From positions 768,001 to 832,000 of the forward strand of contig JBJBDL010000003.1 of assembly GCA_047285305.1 (NCBI GenBank): a stretch of 64,000 nucleotides of DNA, written 5' to 3'. Shown here piece by piece: positions 62,385-64,000 of this stretch (its first letter is position 1; each line of letters begins with the position of its first letter). The DNA is from Synechococcus sp. (GTDB lineage: Bacteria > Cyanobacteriota > Cyanobacteriia > PCC-6307 > Cyanobiaceae). The notes beneath the pieces were generated by a model, which was given only the letters and a program-made list of their open reading frames with translations, made no database searches and was not told the DNA's origin. The translations under genes and the position numbers were made by a program.

Positions 62385-63191
62385 ATGGCGTCCAAACAGC
62401 GTCTTGATCTGGAACTCCTGACCCGTGGATTGGTCAGTTCACGCCAACAGGCGCAGCAATTGATTCGTGCTGGAAAGGTGCGGGATGGCTCCGGAACCCT
62501 GTTGGACAAGCCCGGAACGGAGGTGACGCCGGAGCGAGAACTGCGGGTGGAGCAGCCCCCCCGCTTTGTCTCTCGAGGGGGCGAAAAACTTCTGGCGGGC
62601 TTGAAAGCTTTCCCTGTGCCGGTGGAGGGGCGCGTCTGCCTGGACGGCGGCATCTCCACCGGCGGCTTCACCGATTGCCTGTTGCAGCACGGTGCTACTC
62701 GTGTTTATGGCGTTGATGTGGGTTACGGCCAGACGGCCTGGAGCTTGCGAACCGACGAACGGGTGGTGCTGCGGGAACGCACCAACCTGCGCCATCTGCA
62801 GCCCGACGATCTCTATGGGGCTGACGATCCCTGGCCCAGTTTGGCGGTCACCGATGTGTCGTTCATTTCACTGCGGCTGATTCTTCCGGCGTTGCGCCGG
62901 TTGTTGCGGGGTCCCGACACCGACGCGCTGGTGCTGGTGAAGCCGCAGTTTGAGGTGGGCAAGAGCCGCGTCGGAAAGGGCGGCGTGGTGCGTGACCCCG
63001 CGGCCCACCGGGATGCCATTGAATCCGTGATTGCAGCGGCAGCAGAATTGGGTTGGCAGCCCCAGGGCTTCGTGGCTTCGCCGATCACTGGACCGGCCGG
63101 GAACCACGAGTACGTGCTTTGGTTGGGGGAGGGAGATGCCGCGGTTCTTCCGGATCTCGATGCTTTGGTGGCGCAGACCCTCAACGGTTGA
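62385..63191 (+). CDS. tlyA: TlyA family RNA methyltransferase
   Basis: S4 domain KQRLD, FVSRGGEKL, STGGFTD, DVSFISL, KPQFE. Confidence 0.95.
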   Translation: MASKQRLDLELLTRGLVSSRQQAQQLIRAGKVRDGSGTLLDKPGTEVTPERELRVEQPPRFVSRGGEKLLAGLKAFPVPVEGRVCLDGGISTGGFTDCLLQHGATRVYGVDVGYGQTAWSLRTDERVVLRERTNLRHLQPDDLYGADDPWPSLAVTDVSFISLRLILPALRRLLRGPDTDALVLVKPQFEVGKSRVGKGGVVRDPAAHRDAIESVIAAAAELGWQPQGFVASPITGPAGNHEYVLWLGEGDAAVLPDLDALVAQTLNG

Positions 63192-63198
63192 TGGCCAA

Positions 63199-63226
63199 TA
63201 AAAAAGCCCGGAGTTGAACCGGGCTC
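63199..63226 (-). terminator. Terminator between convergent tlyA and apcC
   Basis: A-run then AGCCCGG-agttgaa-CCGGGCT. Confidence 0.7.
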
Positions 63227-63248
63227 GGAATTTGCTTTTGAGCGGAGT

Positions 63249-63449
63249 TCAGTTGCCGACGTTGACCTGCTGACCCCCGGTGCAGAGCTCCACCTTGATG
63301 ATGCGGCCACCCTGTTTTTGGATGCGCTGCTGTTCAGCAAACCAGCTGTCGTAGGGGACCCACTTGGTGAAGAAGGTGTTCTGCAATTCGCGCTGCGTCC
63401 GAACCTTTTCAGGGCTGGGGATGCAGGCGGTGACTTTGAACAACCGCAT
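63249..63449 (-). CDS. apcC: Phycobilisome core linker Lc7.8
   Basis: MRLFKVTACIPS..RTQRELQNTFFTK..EQQRIQKQGG. Confidence 0.97.
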   Translation of the reverse strand: MRLFKVTACIPSPEKVRTQRELQNTFFTKWVPYDSWFAEQQRIQKQGGRIIKVELCTGGQQVNVGN

Positions 63450-63454
63450 GGTGC

Positions 63455-63943
63455 TCAGTTGCCGAGACCGGAGCAGATGTAGTCGAAGTAGACACCCATT
63501 TCCTTGCCTGCATCAGGACCGACCAGTCCGGCGGTGACTTCCTTCATGGCCTGGATGGCCTGAACTGTGGCGCCGATGGGCACACCGAGGGAGTTGTAGG
63601 TCTCCTTGAGGCCGTTCAGAACACGCTCGTCAAGGATTGAGGTGTCCCCAGCCAGCATGGCGTAGGTGGAATAACGCAGGTAGTAATCCAGGTCGCGGAT
63701 GCAGGCTGCGTAGCGGCGGGTGGTGTACATGTTGCCGCCGGGACGGGTGATGTCCGAGTACAGCAGGGCCTTGGCTACGGCATCGCGGATGATGGCCGAA
63801 GCATTGGCGCTGATGGTGGCGGCAGCGCGCACTCGCAGTTCACCGCTGGCGAAATACGACTCGAGGCTGCCCATCGAAGCAGTGTCCAGGTAGAGGCCCT
63901 GGACGTCCGACTTGTTGATGACGTTGGTGATGGCGTCTTGCAT
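63455..63943 (-). CDS. apcB: Allophycocyanin beta subunit
   Basis: [34 protein letters not shown]. Confidence 0.98.
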   Translation of the reverse strand: MQDAITNVINKSDVQGLYLDTASMGSLESYFASGELRVRAAATISANASAIIRDAVAKALLYSDITRPGGNMYTTRRYAACIRDLDYYLRYSTYAMLAGDTSILDERVLNGLKETYNSLGVPIGATVQAIQAMKEVTAGLVGPDAGKEMGVYFDYICSGLGN

Positions 63944-63982
63944 GGATCCGTGAGGAGGCGAGGGAGAAAATCAGCGTGAGGT

Positions 63983-64000
63983 TCAGGCGAGGGCGCCAAC
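63983..64000 (-). CDS. apcA: Allophycocyanin alpha subunit, last codons only
   Basis: Reads VGALA* upstream of apcB; identity inferred from the apcABC gene order. Confidence 0.6.
   Translation of the reverse strand, partial: VGALA

Overview
This 64 kb window looks like a marine picocyanobacterial chromosome, most likely marine Synechococcus (permuted two-piece tmRNA with tag ANNIVRFSRQAAPVAA, apcB/apcC, cpcG, a phycoerythrin-type linker, GC-rich core genes). About 1-40.4 kb and 55.6-64 kb are ordinary core genome: hflX, cysH, coaX, bcp, rarA, pgm, cpcG, the sufR-ftrC-sufBCDS cluster, def, psbX, accC, tRNA-Leu, msrB, smc, purB, glnB, queF, ccs1/ccdA, ftsW, tlyA, apcCB. A ~15 kb mosaic island starts immediately after the tmRNA gene (~40.7-55.6 kb). 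It appears to be built from at least two related integrative elements: two copies of one tyrosine integrase, two copies of a small membrane gene, and four pieces of a DUF1651-like gene. Its cargo includes an AT-rich two-gene cassette (J-domain protein plus HNH-like nuclease; candidate defence system), a small-terminase-like gene, a methyltransferase, a metallothionein, a membrane-tailed phycobilisome linker, and two tandem copies of a ~175-200 nt element with conserved stems and variable loops (candidate tandem structured RNA). The core region also holds two decay scars: an internally deleted comM/yifB and a vestigial RND permease start. All calls come from reading motifs by eye; no database searches were run.
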